This document shows positions 38,590-49,156 of a stretch of 64,000 nt of DNA, piece after piece. The translations under genes and the position numbers were made by a program. The DNA comes from Daejeonella sp. Lineage in GTDB: Bacteria > Bacteroidota > Bacteroidia > Sphingobacteriales > Sphingobacteriaceae. The DNA is taken from NCBI RefSeq assembly GCF_030684675.1, contig NZ_JAUXXZ010000066.1, positions 18,728-82,727 on the forward strand. The letters run 5' to 3'. Position 1 is the stretch's first letter. The number at the start of each line of letters is the position of its first letter. A model generated the notes under the pieces. That model had not been told where the DNA came from. It saw nothing but the letters and a program-made list of their open reading frames with translations, and did not search any database.

Positions 38590-38659
38590 AAAAATAATCC
38601 CGCTTAATGAGCTATAAATATCAGCACATTAAGCGGGAAATTTAGGTATTTCTGTTAAA

Positions 38660-40030
38660 TTACTCTTTACCTTCAGCTTTGAAAAGCTGTTCTTTATCAA
38701 CCTTCTCAACGATCGAGCCGTCTTTCAGTGTTTTTGAAATTGCAGTAAATGGAAGTGATACAACCTCTTCATTACCCTTCAAACCAGTTTTTACATAAAT
38801 ATAGGTATCATCCTGAATTCCAGTTGTAACCTGTACCTGTTTTACCTTTCCGGCACTATAAACAAATACATATTCTTTGACAGGTTCTGCATTCTTATCT
38901 TTTTCCTTCTTGTCGGTAGTTGGTGCAGATGATGGTTTTGCAGCTTTTTCACCTTCCTTTACATCTTTCTTCTCATCTCGAATAGTTACCGACTGGATCG
39001 GAACAGCAATTCCATTGAACTGTTCGGTCTGGATATCTACGGTAGCCGATAGTCCCGGACGGAATGGAGATGGATTTGCACTATCAGAACGAAGAAGCTT
39101 AGCATAAGAATCAGGTAAAATCCGAACCTTTACGGTAAAATTGGTAACCTGATCGGTTGAAGTTCCAACCACACTCGAGGAACTGGCTATCTCAGTAACT
39201 TCTCCTTTAAATTTCTGATTTTGGAAAGCATCTACCTCAATATCAGCAAGATCACCTACAGTAACACGGTTAATATCACTCTCATTAACATCCACACTAA
39301 CTTCCATCGAGCTCAGATTAGATATCCTCATAATCTCTGTTCCAGCCATTTGTGAAGTACCAAGGATACGATCTCCCAATTCAACAGAAAGCTTTGAAAT
39401 TACGCCATCAACCGGAGCATAAATAGTAGTTTTAGCAAGATTTGCACCTGCTTCTTTTACCACAGCACTCGATTGATCGACACCGAAACGAGATCCTACA
39501 ACATTCTGACGAACTGATTCAAGACTCGCTTTTGCACCCATATACTCGGCTTTTACTGCATCAAACTCTGCGGCAGAGATTACCTTTTTAGAAAAAAGTT
39601 CCTGATTACGTTTGTACTTTGCCTCGGTATTGGCAAAATTCGCCTCAGATTGCTTTAATTGTTGCTGCGTACTTGCAAGTGAAGCCCGCTGACTATTCAG
39701 GGATGCTACTGCGCGGTCATAACCCGACTGAAGTACGTCAGGACGAACCTTACACAATAATTGTCCCTTTTTAACCACATCACCTTCCTTAACATGCAAT
39801 TCTACAACTTCCCCGGATACTTCAGCACTTAACTTTACCTCAACCTCGGGCTGCACCTTACCACTGGCAGAAACTGTTTCGATGATGGTTCGCTTCTCAA
39901 CCTTATCAACTGCCACTTTAATAACGTCGCTTTTGCCAAACCAGCCGAGTTTATTACCCGCAACTGCCACAACTACGAGGACTCCTGCTCCAATGAGCAC
40001 ATATTTTAACGTATTACTTTTCTTTGCCAT
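38660..40030 (-). CDS. Efflux periplasmic adaptor subunit (MacA/HlyD-like)
   Basis: N-terminal TM anchor, lipoyl-like VKEGDVVKKGQLL, coiled coil, IYAPVDGVIS. Confidence 0.88.
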   Translation of the reverse strand: MAKKSNTLKYVLIGAGVLVVVAVAGNKLGWFGKSDVIKVAVDKVEKRTIIETVSASGKVQPEVEVKLSAEVSGEVVELHVKEGDVVKKGQLLCKVRPDVLQSGYDRAVASLNSQRASLASTQQQLKQSEANFANTEAKYKRNQELFSKKVISAAEFDAVKAEYMGAKASLESVRQNVVGSRFGVDQSSAVVKEAGANLAKTTIYAPVDGVISKLSVELGDRILGTSQMAGTEIMRISNLSSMEVSVDVNESDINRVTVGDLADIEVDAFQNQKFKGEVTEIASSSSVVGTSTDQVTNFTVKVRILPDSYAKLLRSDSANPSPFRPGLSATVDIQTEQFNGIAVPIQSVTIRDEKKDVKEGEKAAKPSSAPTTDKKEKDKNAEPVKEYVFVYSAGKVKQVQVTTGIQDDTYIYVKTGLKGNEEVVSLPFTAISKTLKDGSIVEKVDKEQLFKAEGKE

Positions 40031-40059
40031 TTTTTTGATATAAGGGGAAATTTTTCTGA

Positions 40060-41409
40060 TTAAAAGGTGATTGGATTGCCCAGATAATAATCAATTACTT
40101 TACTTCTGAAAATAAGATCATAACGTGCCTGAATCTGATCAAACTGTGCTCTATTTAAATTTGTCTGTGCCTGATTAAAATCAAGAGAGTTAACCAAACC
40201 AACTGCATAACGTTGCTGTATTACATTGAATGCTTCCTTTGATGACTCATAAGCAGTCAGTGCAGAATAATAACGTTTCTCGGCAGCTCTGAGATCGTAA
40301 ACAGCCTGGTTAATAACTTTATTCAGGTTGTTTTTTGCAAGCTGCTCAGACAACATTGCATTTTGAAAATTAATATTTGCCCTACGCACATTAGACTTGG
40401 CTGCAAGTCCGTTGAAAATTGGAATACTCAAGCCAAAACCGATAAACTGGTTGAAGTTATCTTTTACCTGTGCAGCAAAAGAAGTATTGGCAAATGTTCC
40501 GTTAGAATACCTGGTACCAAAACCACTCTGAAGGTTGAGGGATGGGAAATAGCCTCCTCTTGCAATATCTATTTCTTTCTCAAGTACCTGTTTTCTGTAT
40601 TCAGCAAGCTTTATATCCGGGAAATTCAATGAAGCGGTTTTGAAAACATCTACAGCAGAATAGGCCGCATTAACACTACTAACATTATCAATTTGAGGTT
40701 TTTCAACTTCAAATGATACTGATGGATCACGCTCCAATAACTGCGCGAGATTTAAGAATGATAGATCAACCTGATTCTTCGCGTTGGTGACATTTAGTTC
40801 TGCAGTAGCAACCTGCGATTTCGCCTGCGAAAGATCGGCTAGCGTCTTATTACCTACATCAAAGAATTTTTGTTCTATATCCAGTTGCTGATTCGCGATA
40901 TCCAGTTGCTGCTGTGATGCTATTAAAAGGTCCTGAGCATTGAGTACAGATAAATAATTGGTTACGACAGCCAACACCAGATCATTCTTAACCTTTTGGG
41001 TATTGCTTTTATCAGCTTCAAGCTGGAGTTTGTTCTGGGATATTTCGTTCATCCTTCTAAATCCCTGAAACAAATTGGTGTTGGAAGTAACGTTTCCACT
41101 GGTTGATGAGATTGCCTGATTGATAAACTGATTGGTCAATGGGTCAATACTACGCCCAAAGTTAAAATTAAGACCTGTATTCGCATTCAGTGTCGGATAA
41201 AGGGCAAGCTTAGACTGGCTTAGGTTCTCCTCGGATATGGCTTCAGAAAATTGCGCCTGCTTGATCTGAAGGTTATTCTCAATGACCAGTTCAGTAGCCC
41301 TTTTCAAGGTGATACGCTCCTGCGCAAAAATCGGATTCATTATTGAGCCGGCCAGTAATAAGGCAAAAACACTATATCTGTAAAAGACCTTAGGGTTTGG
41401 ATGTTTCAT
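40060..41409 (-). CDS. TolC-family outer-membrane efflux protein
   Basis: Signal peptide, two OEP-like repeats (ALYPTL, GGYFPSL, LSIPIFNG). Confidence 0.88.
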   Translation of the reverse strand: MKHPNPKVFYRYSVFALLLAGSIMNPIFAQERITLKRATELVIENNLQIKQAQFSEAISEENLSQSKLALYPTLNANTGLNFNFGRSIDPLTNQFINQAISSTSGNVTSNTNLFQGFRRMNEISQNKLQLEADKSNTQKVKNDLVLAVVTNYLSVLNAQDLLIASQQQLDIANQQLDIEQKFFDVGNKTLADLSQAKSQVATAELNVTNAKNQVDLSFLNLAQLLERDPSVSFEVEKPQIDNVSSVNAAYSAVDVFKTASLNFPDIKLAEYRKQVLEKEIDIARGGYFPSLNLQSGFGTRYSNGTFANTSFAAQVKDNFNQFIGFGLSIPIFNGLAAKSNVRRANINFQNAMLSEQLAKNNLNKVINQAVYDLRAAEKRYYSALTAYESSKEAFNVIQQRYAVGLVNSLDFNQAQTNLNRAQFDQIQARYDLIFRSKVIDYYLGNPITF

Positions 41410-41509
41410 ATATTATTCAACAAGATTGGTTAGGATGTAAATCCACTCTAAAAATACTATCATTTAATTCATAACATATTTATCTTCGTGGTAAATTATT
41501 AAAAGGCAA

Positions 41510-42127
41510 TTGTATTTAGCTTATTCCCCCTTTTGGCTTAGATGGTTATACCCTACCCTAACCTGGCATAAAAGCCGCGAAGAAAAATATGCATATATCA
41601 CTTTTGACGACGGACCTATAGCAGTTGTTACACCCTTTGTATTAAATACTCTTAAAAAATTTAATTGCAAAGCCACCTTCTTTTGTATTGGCGATAATAT
41701 AGATAAGCATCCATCAATTTTATCTGATATAATCGCCGAAGGACATACGGTGGGAAATCACACTTATAATCACCTCAAGGGCTGGAAATCATCAGCCAGC
41801 GATTATTTGGACAATGTAAGAAAAGGTTCCTTACTTACAGGCACACGTCTGTTCAGACCACCTTATGGAAGGATAAAAAAATCACAGATAACTGAAATCA
41901 GAAAACATTTTCCTGAGACTGAAATCGTGATGTGGGATGTACTTAGTGGTGATTTTGATGAAAGCATCACGAAAGAACAATGCGTCGAAAATGTCTTAAA
42001 GCATTGCAAAAATGGTTCAATTATCGTTTTTCACGACAGTCTGAAAGCATTCGAACGTCTGGAATATGCACTGCCTGCCGTTCTTGAAAGTTTAACTCAA
42101 CAAGGTTTCCTGTTTAAAACGCTTTAA
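41510..42127 (+). CDS. Polysaccharide deacetylase (NodB/CE4)
   Basis: TFDDGP, ATFF, HTVGNHTYNH, FRPPYG and IIVFHD motifs. Confidence 0.92.
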   Translation: MYLAYSPFWLRWLYPTLTWHKSREEKYAYITFDDGPIAVVTPFVLNTLKKFNCKATFFCIGDNIDKHPSILSDIIAEGHTVGNHTYNHLKGWKSSASDYLDNVRKGSLLTGTRLFRPPYGRIKKSQITEIRKHFPETEIVMWDVLSGDFDESITKEQCVENVLKHCKNGSIIVFHDSLKAFERLEYALPAVLESLTQQGFLFKTL

Positions 42128-42207
42128 AAAAACAAAACTCTCCCAATCTATTGCTGATTTATAATGTTGATATTCTCAAATCCTCATTTTCAACCTTACC
42201 TTCGATA

Positions 42208-43377
42208 ATGAAAAACCTAAAAATAGCGATAAGTGGTTACGGAAGTATTTCGGCTTTGGGTATAAACAGTGAATCTGTCTGGAACAAATATTTGGATAAT
42301 CAGCATTGTTTTCAGAGGGAGCAGATAATTAACAAAACGGAATGGGTAGCAAGACTTTCCCTTGAGTCGAAAGAACTAATTACCGGACTGATTAAGGATA
42401 AGAAATATCAGCAGCTTGATTCCAGTGTACTTTATGCCATTGCAGCATCAAGAACCGCTGTAAAGCAAGCGGGGTGGAATACCGGTGAGGGATTTGGTAT
42501 TAATATGGGTTCATCCAGAGGAGCAACTGCAAGCTTTGAAAAATATCACAGTGAATTTATCGAGAGTGGTAGCCAAAAAGTAAATCCACTGACCTCTCCC
42601 GGCACCACATTGGGGAATATTGCCAGTTGGGTTGCCTGCGACCAGAATATAAGCGGGCCAGCCATTTCGCATTCTGCCACCTGCTCAACGGCTTTACAGT
42701 CGATTGCCAATGCCGCTGCATGGCTCCGGGCAGGCTTTTGCAAACGCTTTTTAGCCGGAGGCAGCGAGGCTCCCCTAACGCCCTTTACAATTGCCCAGAT
42801 GAAAGCTCTCAAAATATATTCTACACTTGATCAGGATTATCCCTGCAGGAGTATGGATCTTAAAAAAGAGCAAAATACCCTGATTCTGGGAGAAGGTGCG
42901 GCCTGTTTTTGCCTGGAGCTTAATTCTGAGAACGCGATTGGATTTATTACAGGTATAGGTTTTGGAACAGAGATCATTAGTCATGGAGCCTCCTTATCTG
43001 CAGATGCGGACTGCCTGCAAAAATCAATGCAAATAGCTCTGGAGGGTCATGATCCTGGAACTGTTGACGCGGTGATCATGCATTCGCCGGGCACTATATT
43101 GGGCGACAGCTCTGAAATGATAGCCATTGAAACCATCTTTGGTAAAAACAAGCCCCTTTTAACCGGAAATAAATGGAAAATCGGACATACTTTCGGGGCT
43201 TCCGGTGCGCTAAGTCTGGAAATGGCTCTTTTAATGCTGAAACATAATCAATTTATTCAGGTGCCATATCTTCCTCAGCAAAAGCAGCCTAAATCCCTGC
43301 AAAAAATCCTCATCAATGCAGCAGGTTTTGGCGGAACTGCACTCAGTATTCTGGTTGAAAATAATCCGCAAAACTGA
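42208..43377 (+). CDS. Beta-ketoacyl synthase (FabF/KAS II-like), stand-alone
   Basis: SATCSTAL (Cys), MHSPGT (His), KIGHTFGASG (His) and GFGG motifs. Start at ATG 42208, directly after TACCTTCG (the ORF track uses TTG 42151). Confidence 0.8.
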   Translation: MKNLKIAISGYGSISALGINSESVWNKYLDNQHCFQREQIINKTEWVARLSLESKELITGLIKDKKYQQLDSSVLYAIAASRTAVKQAGWNTGEGFGINMGSSRGATASFEKYHSEFIESGSQKVNPLTSPGTTLGNIASWVACDQNISGPAISHSATCSTALQSIANAAAWLRAGFCKRFLAGGSEAPLTPFTIAQMKALKIYSTLDQDYPCRSMDLKKEQNTLILGEGAACFCLELNSENAIGFITGIGFGTEIISHGASLSADADCLQKSMQIALEGHDPGTVDAVIMHSPGTILGDSSEMIAIETIFGKNKPLLTGNKWKIGHTFGASGALSLEMALLMLKHNQFIQVPYLPQQKQPKSLQKILINAAGFGGTALSILVENNPQN

Positions 43378-43408
43378 TCAGGATCATTTTTATCTTTAAT
43401 TTAGAATC

Positions 43409-43416
43409 TAATTTTG
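43409..43416 (+). promoter_or_regulatory. -7 promoter element 4 nt before the queD ATG (leaderless or near-leaderless)
   Basis: TAATTTTG-CCGC-ATG. Confidence 0.55.
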
Positions 43417-43420
43417 CCGC

Positions 43421-43774
43421 ATGTTAATTTACAAGCAATTTACTTTCGATTCAGCACATTTTCTTCCCAATGTTCCAGAGGGACATAAATGTGCCAATAT
43501 GCATGGTCATACCTATGCCCTCAGTGTTTTTGTGGAAGGGCATCCCGATGAAAAAACTGGATGGATCATTGATTATGGAGATCTTAAAAAGCATATCAAA
43601 CCCGTTATTGATATTCTGGACCACCATTTATTGAACGAAATACCGGGACTCGAAAACCCGACCAGCGAAATCCTGACTATCTGGTTATGGAACAAATTAA
43701 AGCCCATGATTCCTGAATTAAAAAGGATCGAACTAAAAGAAACCCCTAGTTCAGGAGTGATTTACGAGGGTTAA
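43421..43774 (+). CDS. queD: 6-carboxy-5,6,7,8-tetrahydropterin synthase
   Basis: FDSAH, CANMHGHTY, LDHHLLNE, NPTSE and ETP motifs. Confidence 0.92.
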   Translation: MLIYKQFTFDSAHFLPNVPEGHKCANMHGHTYALSVFVEGHPDEKTGWIIDYGDLKKHIKPVIDILDHHLLNEIPGLENPTSEILTIWLWNKLKPMIPELKRIELKETPSSGVIYEG

Positions 43775-43885
43775 TCAGCTGTTCCAAAAATTCTGACATC
43801 AATTTTTCTATGTAACAATAGTAACACTCTCCGGCTAGAAAAAAGGTGAGATTTGAGTATCATTCAAATCCTAAAAGACAAAACC

Positions 43886-44272
43886 ATGAGCTACTATTTC
43901 TCTAAAATCCTAAACACAGATTTTGATTCAGCCATCTCCAGAGTTACTGATGAACTTAAAAAAGAGGGCTTCGGTGTACTTACTGAAATTGATGTTAAAG
44001 AAACCTTTAAAAAGAAACTGGACGTGGATTTCCGCAAATACCGTATCCTGGGGGCCTGCAATCCAAACTTCGCATTTGAGGCAATTAAGTCTGAGGACAA
44101 GGTCGGTACTATGCTGCCCTGCAATGTAATTGTTCAGGAACACGAAGATGGCAGAATTGAAGTTTCTGCAGTTGATCCGATTGCATCAATGATGGCAATA
44201 AAAAATGATTCACTTGGAGAAGTCGCCTCTGCTGTAAGCGGTAAATTACGCAGAGTAATCGAAAATCTCTAG
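43886..44272 (+). CDS. DUF302 domain protein
   Basis: EGFGVLTEID..ILGACNP..GTMLPCNV pattern; start at ATG 43886. Confidence 0.85.
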   Translation: MSYYFSKILNTDFDSAISRVTDELKKEGFGVLTEIDVKETFKKKLDVDFRKYRILGACNPNFAFEAIKSEDKVGTMLPCNVIVQEHEDGRIEVSAVDPIASMMAIKNDSLGEVASAVSGKLRRVIENL

Positions 44273-44284
44273 AAATCAGCGATC

Positions 44285-44746
44285 ATGACACATGAAATTG
44301 AGACCCAGTGGATGGGTAAAATGCAGTTCAATGCCTTAGTGAACGGTCATACCGTAATTATGGATGCACCTGAAAAAGTTGGCGGTGAAGATAATGGCCC
44401 TGTTCCTAAGCCATTTGTACTGACAGCCCTTTCCGGTTGTACAGGTATGGATGTTGTATCACTGCTCAGAAAATTTGGACAGCCGGTTGATGATTTTGAT
44501 ATCAAAGCAATCGGTGAAATAAGCAAACAAGCACCAATTGAATATATTGCTATTCACCTGATCTATAATTTTAAAGGTTCTGAAGCTGCAAAAGATGCAG
44601 CAATAAAAGCCGTTACCGATTCTCAGGAAAAATACTGCGGGGTAAGCAGCATGCTCAAAAAGGCGCTTCCTGTTACATGGGAAGTAAACTATAATGACTT
44701 ACAAATTTTCACAAATAAAAATGAGGAACTAAGCGAAAGCTTATAA
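44285..44746 (+). CDS. OsmC-family protein
   Basis: GPVPK..LSGCTGMDV and EKYCGV (two Cys) motifs. Confidence 0.88.
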   Translation: MTHEIETQWMGKMQFNALVNGHTVIMDAPEKVGGEDNGPVPKPFVLTALSGCTGMDVVSLLRKFGQPVDDFDIKAIGEISKQAPIEYIAIHLIYNFKGSEAAKDAAIKAVTDSQEKYCGVSSMLKKALPVTWEVNYNDLQIFTNKNEELSESL

Positions 44747-44791
44747 TTTCTCATTTTTTCTGGTCTAACCTGAGTTCGAGATAAAATCCCA

Positions 44792-44861
44792 TGCTGGCGC
44801 ACGCGTGTAGCGTGTGCTTGTTAATTTAATTCCTGGAATGCGCGATACGCGCGCACCAGCA
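44792..44861. repeat. Inverted pair of GC-rich REP-like palindromes
   Basis: TGCTGGCGCACGCGTGTAGCGTGTGC (44792-44817) and ATGCGCGATACGCGCGCACCAGCA (44838-44861); 18/24 identical when one is reverse-complemented. Confidence 0.55.
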
Positions 44862-44899
44862 GCGATTCAATACAAAATCTTGCAGGGCTATCCGTCCCA

Positions 44900-45079
44900 A
44901 TGAAAAACAGCACCGGGTAAAATAAACCTTGCCGCAGGAGGTATCTTCCGGCTATTCGTAATTTGACATAGAACGCAATTTCTTGCCGGAAATACTCCGT
45001 AGGAAAGGGCGGAATCAGCCTATAACACACAGGTATTGGTTTCAAAAAACAAATTATTATTGCTCCAGAGCCTTATCTG
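44900..45079. repeat. 180-bp dispersed repeat, copy 1
   Basis: Ungapped match to 48781-48960 with 27 mismatches (85% identity) by manual alignment. Confidence 0.9.
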
Positions 45080-45294
45080 ATGTATTCTAACCGTACTATT
45101 TTACCCTTCCTATTATCGAAATCAGGTTATTCTAAACTTCTCCCCACCTTCATTTTCGGGAAATTGTGTATTATTTTTCAGATAATACATATTTTTTTGC
45201 GTTTTCAATGGCCTTTTCTATTCATTTTTAAGGTCGTTTTATGTAACTTCGCTCGCAATTAGAATTGGGAATAAATTAAAATCAAGCAAATAAG

Positions 45295-47562
45295 ATGGCA
45301 TTTGATTTAGACATGATCAAAAAGGTTTATGACAACTACGGTCCGCGTCTTGCGGCAGCGCGTAAAGTTGTTGGTAAGCCACTTACATTAACAGAGAAAA
45401 TTTTATATGCCCACTTATGGGATGGTAACGCAAGCGAAGCACATGAGCGTGGAGTCACTTATGTTGACTTTGCCCCTGACCGTGTTGCGATGCAGGATGC
45501 AACAGCTCAAATGGCATTATTGCAGTTTATGCAAGCCGGCAGACCAACAGTAGCTGTACCTTCGACTGTACACTGCGATCACCTGATTCAGGCGAAAATT
45601 GGTGCTGACGAGGATCTGGCAACTGCCAATACTCAGAATAAAGAAGTTTATGATTTCCTCGCTTCTGTATCAAACAAATATGGAATTGGTTTCTGGAAAC
45701 CGGGGGCAGGTATTATCCACCAGGTAGTTTTAGAAAACTATGCATTCCCTGGTGGTATGATGATCGGAACCGACTCTCATACACCAAATGCAGGTGGTTT
45801 AGGAATGATAGCCATTGGTGTTGGTGGTGCTGATGCCTGTGATGTAATGGCAGGTTTGGCATGGGAGTTAAAGTTCCCTAAGCTGATTGGTGTAAAACTA
45901 ACAGGAAAACTTTCAGGATGGGCTTCGGCTAAAGACGTAATCCTTAAAGTTGCCGGTATCCTGACTGTAAAAGGCGGTACCGGATATATTGTTGAATATT
46001 TCGGAGAAGGAGCAAGATCACTTTCAGCAACCGGAAAAGGAACAATCTGTAACATGGGTGCTGAAATTGGTGCAACCACTTCAGTGTTTGGATACGATGA
46101 TAAAATTGCTACATACTTAAAAGGTACTGAAAGAGAAGAAATTGCAAAACTTGCTGATCAGGTTAAAGAACACTTAACAGGTGATGATGAAGTTTACGCT
46201 AATCCTCAGAATTATTTTGATCAGGTGATTGAGATCGATCTTTCAACGCTCGAGCCTCATATAAACGGTCCTTTTACACCGGATATGGCATGGCCTATAT
46301 CAAAATTTGCAGAAGCTGTACGTGAAAACGGTTGGCCGCAAACTTTAGAGGTTGGTTTGATTGGTTCATGTACCAATTCTTCTTACGAAGATATTTCGAG
46401 AGCAGCATCTCTTGCTCAGCAGGCTGTTGATAAGAAACTGGTTGCAAAAGCTGAATTCACAATTACTCCTGGTTCAGAGCTTGTACGTTACACCGTCGAG
46501 CGCGATGGCTATCTTAATACTTTTGAGAAAATGGGTGGTGTTGTTCTGGCAAATGCCTGCGGACCATGTATCGGACAATGGGCACGTCACAGTGAGGACC
46601 CTACCCGTAAAAACTCTATCATTACTTCATTCAACAGAAACTTTAAGTCGCGTAACGACGGGAACCCGAATACCCATGCATTCGTAGCATCTCCTGAGAT
46701 TGTTACTGCAATGACCATTGCCGGCGATTTAGCTTTCAATCCATTGACCGACACGCTAACTAACTCAGAAGGCATACAGGTTAAACTTGATGAGCCACAG
46801 GGTTTGGAAATGCCGACCAAAGGATTTGCTGTTGAAGATGCAGGATATCAGGCACCGGCAGAAGACGGAAGCGCAGTAAGCGTACTCGTAGATCCAAATT
46901 CTGCACGTCTCCAATTGCTTGACCCATTCAAAGCATGGGAAGGTGCGGATATTACCGGATTAAAACTTCTAATTAAGGCAAAAGGAAAATGTACCACTGA
47001 CCATATTTCTATGGCAGGTCCATGGTTGAAATTCCGGGGTCACCTTGATAATATCTCTAATAATATGCTCATCGGAGCTACGAATTTCTTTAACGAAAAA
47101 GCGGATAACGTAAAAAACCAACTTAATGGTGCATACGGATCAGTACCTGCTACTGCTCGTGCTTATAAGGCAGTTGGTGTTGGAAGTATTGTTGTCGGAG
47201 ATGAAAATTATGGAGAGGGATCATCACGTGAACATGCTGCAATGGAGCCAAGACACTTAGGTGTACGTGCCATTCTGGTAAAATCATTTGCCCGTATTCA
47301 CGAAACCAACCTGAAGAAACAGGGAATGCTTGCATTGACATTTGAAGATGTAAATGATTATGACCGTATACTTGAAGATGATACCATTGATATCTGTGGA
47401 TTAAATGACTTCACTCCCGGTAAACCGCTGAGTATTGTTCTTCATCATGCAGATGGAAATACTGAATCATTCAGTGTAAACCATACTTATAATGAACAAC
47501 AAATTGAGTGGTTTAAAGCTGGTGGTGCATTAAACATTATCAGAATGAATCAAAAGGGTTAA
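45295..47562 (+). CDS. acnA: Aconitate hydratase (mitochondrial-type)
   Basis: [43 protein letters not shown] and GSSREHA motifs. Confidence 0.95.
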   Translation: MAFDLDMIKKVYDNYGPRLAAARKVVGKPLTLTEKILYAHLWDGNASEAHERGVTYVDFAPDRVAMQDATAQMALLQFMQAGRPTVAVPSTVHCDHLIQAKIGADEDLATANTQNKEVYDFLASVSNKYGIGFWKPGAGIIHQVVLENYAFPGGMMIGTDSHTPNAGGLGMIAIGVGGADACDVMAGLAWELKFPKLIGVKLTGKLSGWASAKDVILKVAGILTVKGGTGYIVEYFGEGARSLSATGKGTICNMGAEIGATTSVFGYDDKIATYLKGTEREEIAKLADQVKEHLTGDDEVYANPQNYFDQVIEIDLSTLEPHINGPFTPDMAWPISKFAEAVRENGWPQTLEVGLIGSCTNSSYEDISRAASLAQQAVDKKLVAKAEFTITPGSELVRYTVERDGYLNTFEKMGGVVLANACGPCIGQWARHSEDPTRKNSIITSFNRNFKSRNDGNPNTHAFVASPEIVTAMTIAGDLAFNPLTDTLTNSEGIQVKLDEPQGLEMPTKGFAVEDAGYQAPAEDGSAVSVLVDPNSARLQLLDPFKAWEGADITGLKLLIKAKGKCTTDHISMAGPWLKFRGHLDNISNNMLIGATNFFNEKADNVKNQLNGAYGSVPATARAYKAVGVGSIVVGDENYGEGSSREHAAMEPRHLGVRAILVKSFARIHETNLKKQGMLALTFEDVNDYDRILEDDTIDICGLNDFTPGKPLSIVLHHADGNTESFSVNHTYNEQQIEWFKAGGALNIIRMNQKG

Positions 47563-47584
47563 TAAATTAACCTGTTAAATATTT

Positions 47585-47616
47585 AAAAGCCAAAAGTTCA
47601 ATACTTTTGGCTTTTT
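47585..47616 (+). terminator. Intrinsic terminator after aconitase
   Basis: AAAAGCCAAAAG / CTTTTGGCTTTT 12-bp stem ending in a T-run. Confidence 0.75.
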
Positions 47617-47652
47617 GCTTTTAATCCAATTCTGTTTTATTAAAATTTCATC

Positions 47653-48519
47653 ATGTCAAAAGTAATTCTCATTACCGGGGCTTCAACCGGCATCGGACTC
47701 GAAACTGCGGTTCAGCTTGCTGAACAGGGCCATCAGGTTTATGCAAGCATGCGCAACCTGAATAAAAGAGCTTTGCTGGATCAGGAAATTGATAGAAGAA
47801 AAGTTAAACTCCGGGTTTTACAATTGGACGTTCAGGATGAAAAAAGCATAGCAGTATGCATTGCTGAGATCATTTCGGCCGAACAAAGGATTGATGTGCT
47901 GATCAATAATGCAGGCGCCGGATTTATCAAACCGATGGAGCAGGCAAGCATGGAAGAAATTCAGCAGGTGATGGATGTCAACTTCTATGGACCTATCCGC
48001 TGCAGCAAAGCCGTAATGCCATATATGCGCAAGCAAAAAAGCGGCCATATCATCAATGTTTCTTCAGTCGGGGGAATTGTAGGTTCTCCGGTAAATGAGA
48101 TTTATTGTGCCGCAAAGTTTGCACTTGAAGGTTTAACAGAAAGCCTTGCAAGCTACCTGGAGCCCTATTTCGGGATCAATGTATCACTAATTGAGCCCGG
48201 AGGCACGATTACAGAGTTCGGCAATAGCCTGACCGAATATTTCGAGTCGACCGGTGGTATTTTGAATGATGACTACAAACCTCTGATGGAAGACTATATG
48301 GCTTACCGCTCTACTTTTACGGAAGAGTTTAAGGAAAAGGCCTTTCAAAAACCTGCAGATATCGCTGAGGTAATCATCAGATGTATGAATGATCCGAATC
48401 CTAAAGTTCGCTACCTCACTTCTGAGGGCACTCTGGCCTTCACGAAATTAAAAACAAGCCTGGATCCGGATGGTGAGATTATGAAAGCTCAGGTGAGAAA
48501 GGGGATATTGAATAAGTAA
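47653..48519 (+). CDS. Short-chain dehydrogenase/reductase (SDR)
   Basis: TGASTGIG, NNAG and YCAAK motifs. Confidence 0.92.
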   Translation: MSKVILITGASTGIGLETAVQLAEQGHQVYASMRNLNKRALLDQEIDRRKVKLRVLQLDVQDEKSIAVCIAEIISAEQRIDVLINNAGAGFIKPMEQASMEEIQQVMDVNFYGPIRCSKAVMPYMRKQKSGHIINVSSVGGIVGSPVNEIYCAAKFALEGLTESLASYLEPYFGINVSLIEPGGTITEFGNSLTEYFESTGGILNDDYKPLMEDYMAYRSTFTEEFKEKAFQKPADIAEVIIRCMNDPNPKVRYLTSEGTLAFTKLKTSLDPDGEIMKAQVRKGILNK

Positions 48520-48780
48520 TTTTGAAAGGTTAATATCACTTTGTCCTTTCGATGTATTAATACTAGCGTAAGTTCGATATAAAATCTTGTTGGATACTGT
48601 TATTTTCTCTTGTTTTGGAAAGCAAGGTCTGTGCTTCTTCGGTCTTGCCAGTCCCGTGTTCTGCCGTAGTTTTTGCCAATAAATTCCTTTGTAATATAAA
48701 AATCTGCCAGGCAAAAATCTACAGCTGCCACGGGTTTATTTCCAATGGCAAATGGTCCTTTGGTCGGGGTGCCCTTTCCG

Positions 48781-48960
48781 ATGAAATACAGTTCCGGGTA
48801 AAATAAACCTTGCCGGAGGAGGTAGCTTCCGGCTATTGATAATTTGAAATAGAACGCGATTTTTTGCCGGAACTACTCCGGAGGAAAGGGCTGAACCAAC
48901 CTATACCACGCAGGAATTGCTTTCCAAAATTAAACTATTTTGGCTTCTGAGCCTTATCTG
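48781..48960. repeat. 180-bp dispersed repeat, copy 2
   Basis: Direct repeat of 44900-45079. Confidence 0.9.
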
Positions 48961-49156
48961 GCCAATTATAAAGTATTTTTTAACCTTCTTTATATTCGAA
49001 CTCAGCCCTTTGTCTGAACCATGATTCCAGCTGATTGATCTGATTATTATGATTATCAAAATCACAACAATCCCACTAATCAAAAAAATCAAAGTTCAGA
49101 CATTGGACGAACCGGGACGGTTTTTTCGTATTTTCGTAACAGCCTACACCAGAAAA

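Noticed and set aside
41510-42127. Polysaccharide deacetylase as part of the amino-sugar locus
   Set aside because: It is on the opposite strand, separated by core genes, and has no export signal.
44821-45045. 74-aa minus-strand ORF within repeat copy 1 (and ORFs 48448..48714, 48615..48806, 48901..49092)
   Set aside because: The equivalent frame in copy 2 has stops, mismatches show no third-position bias, and no family is recognisable.
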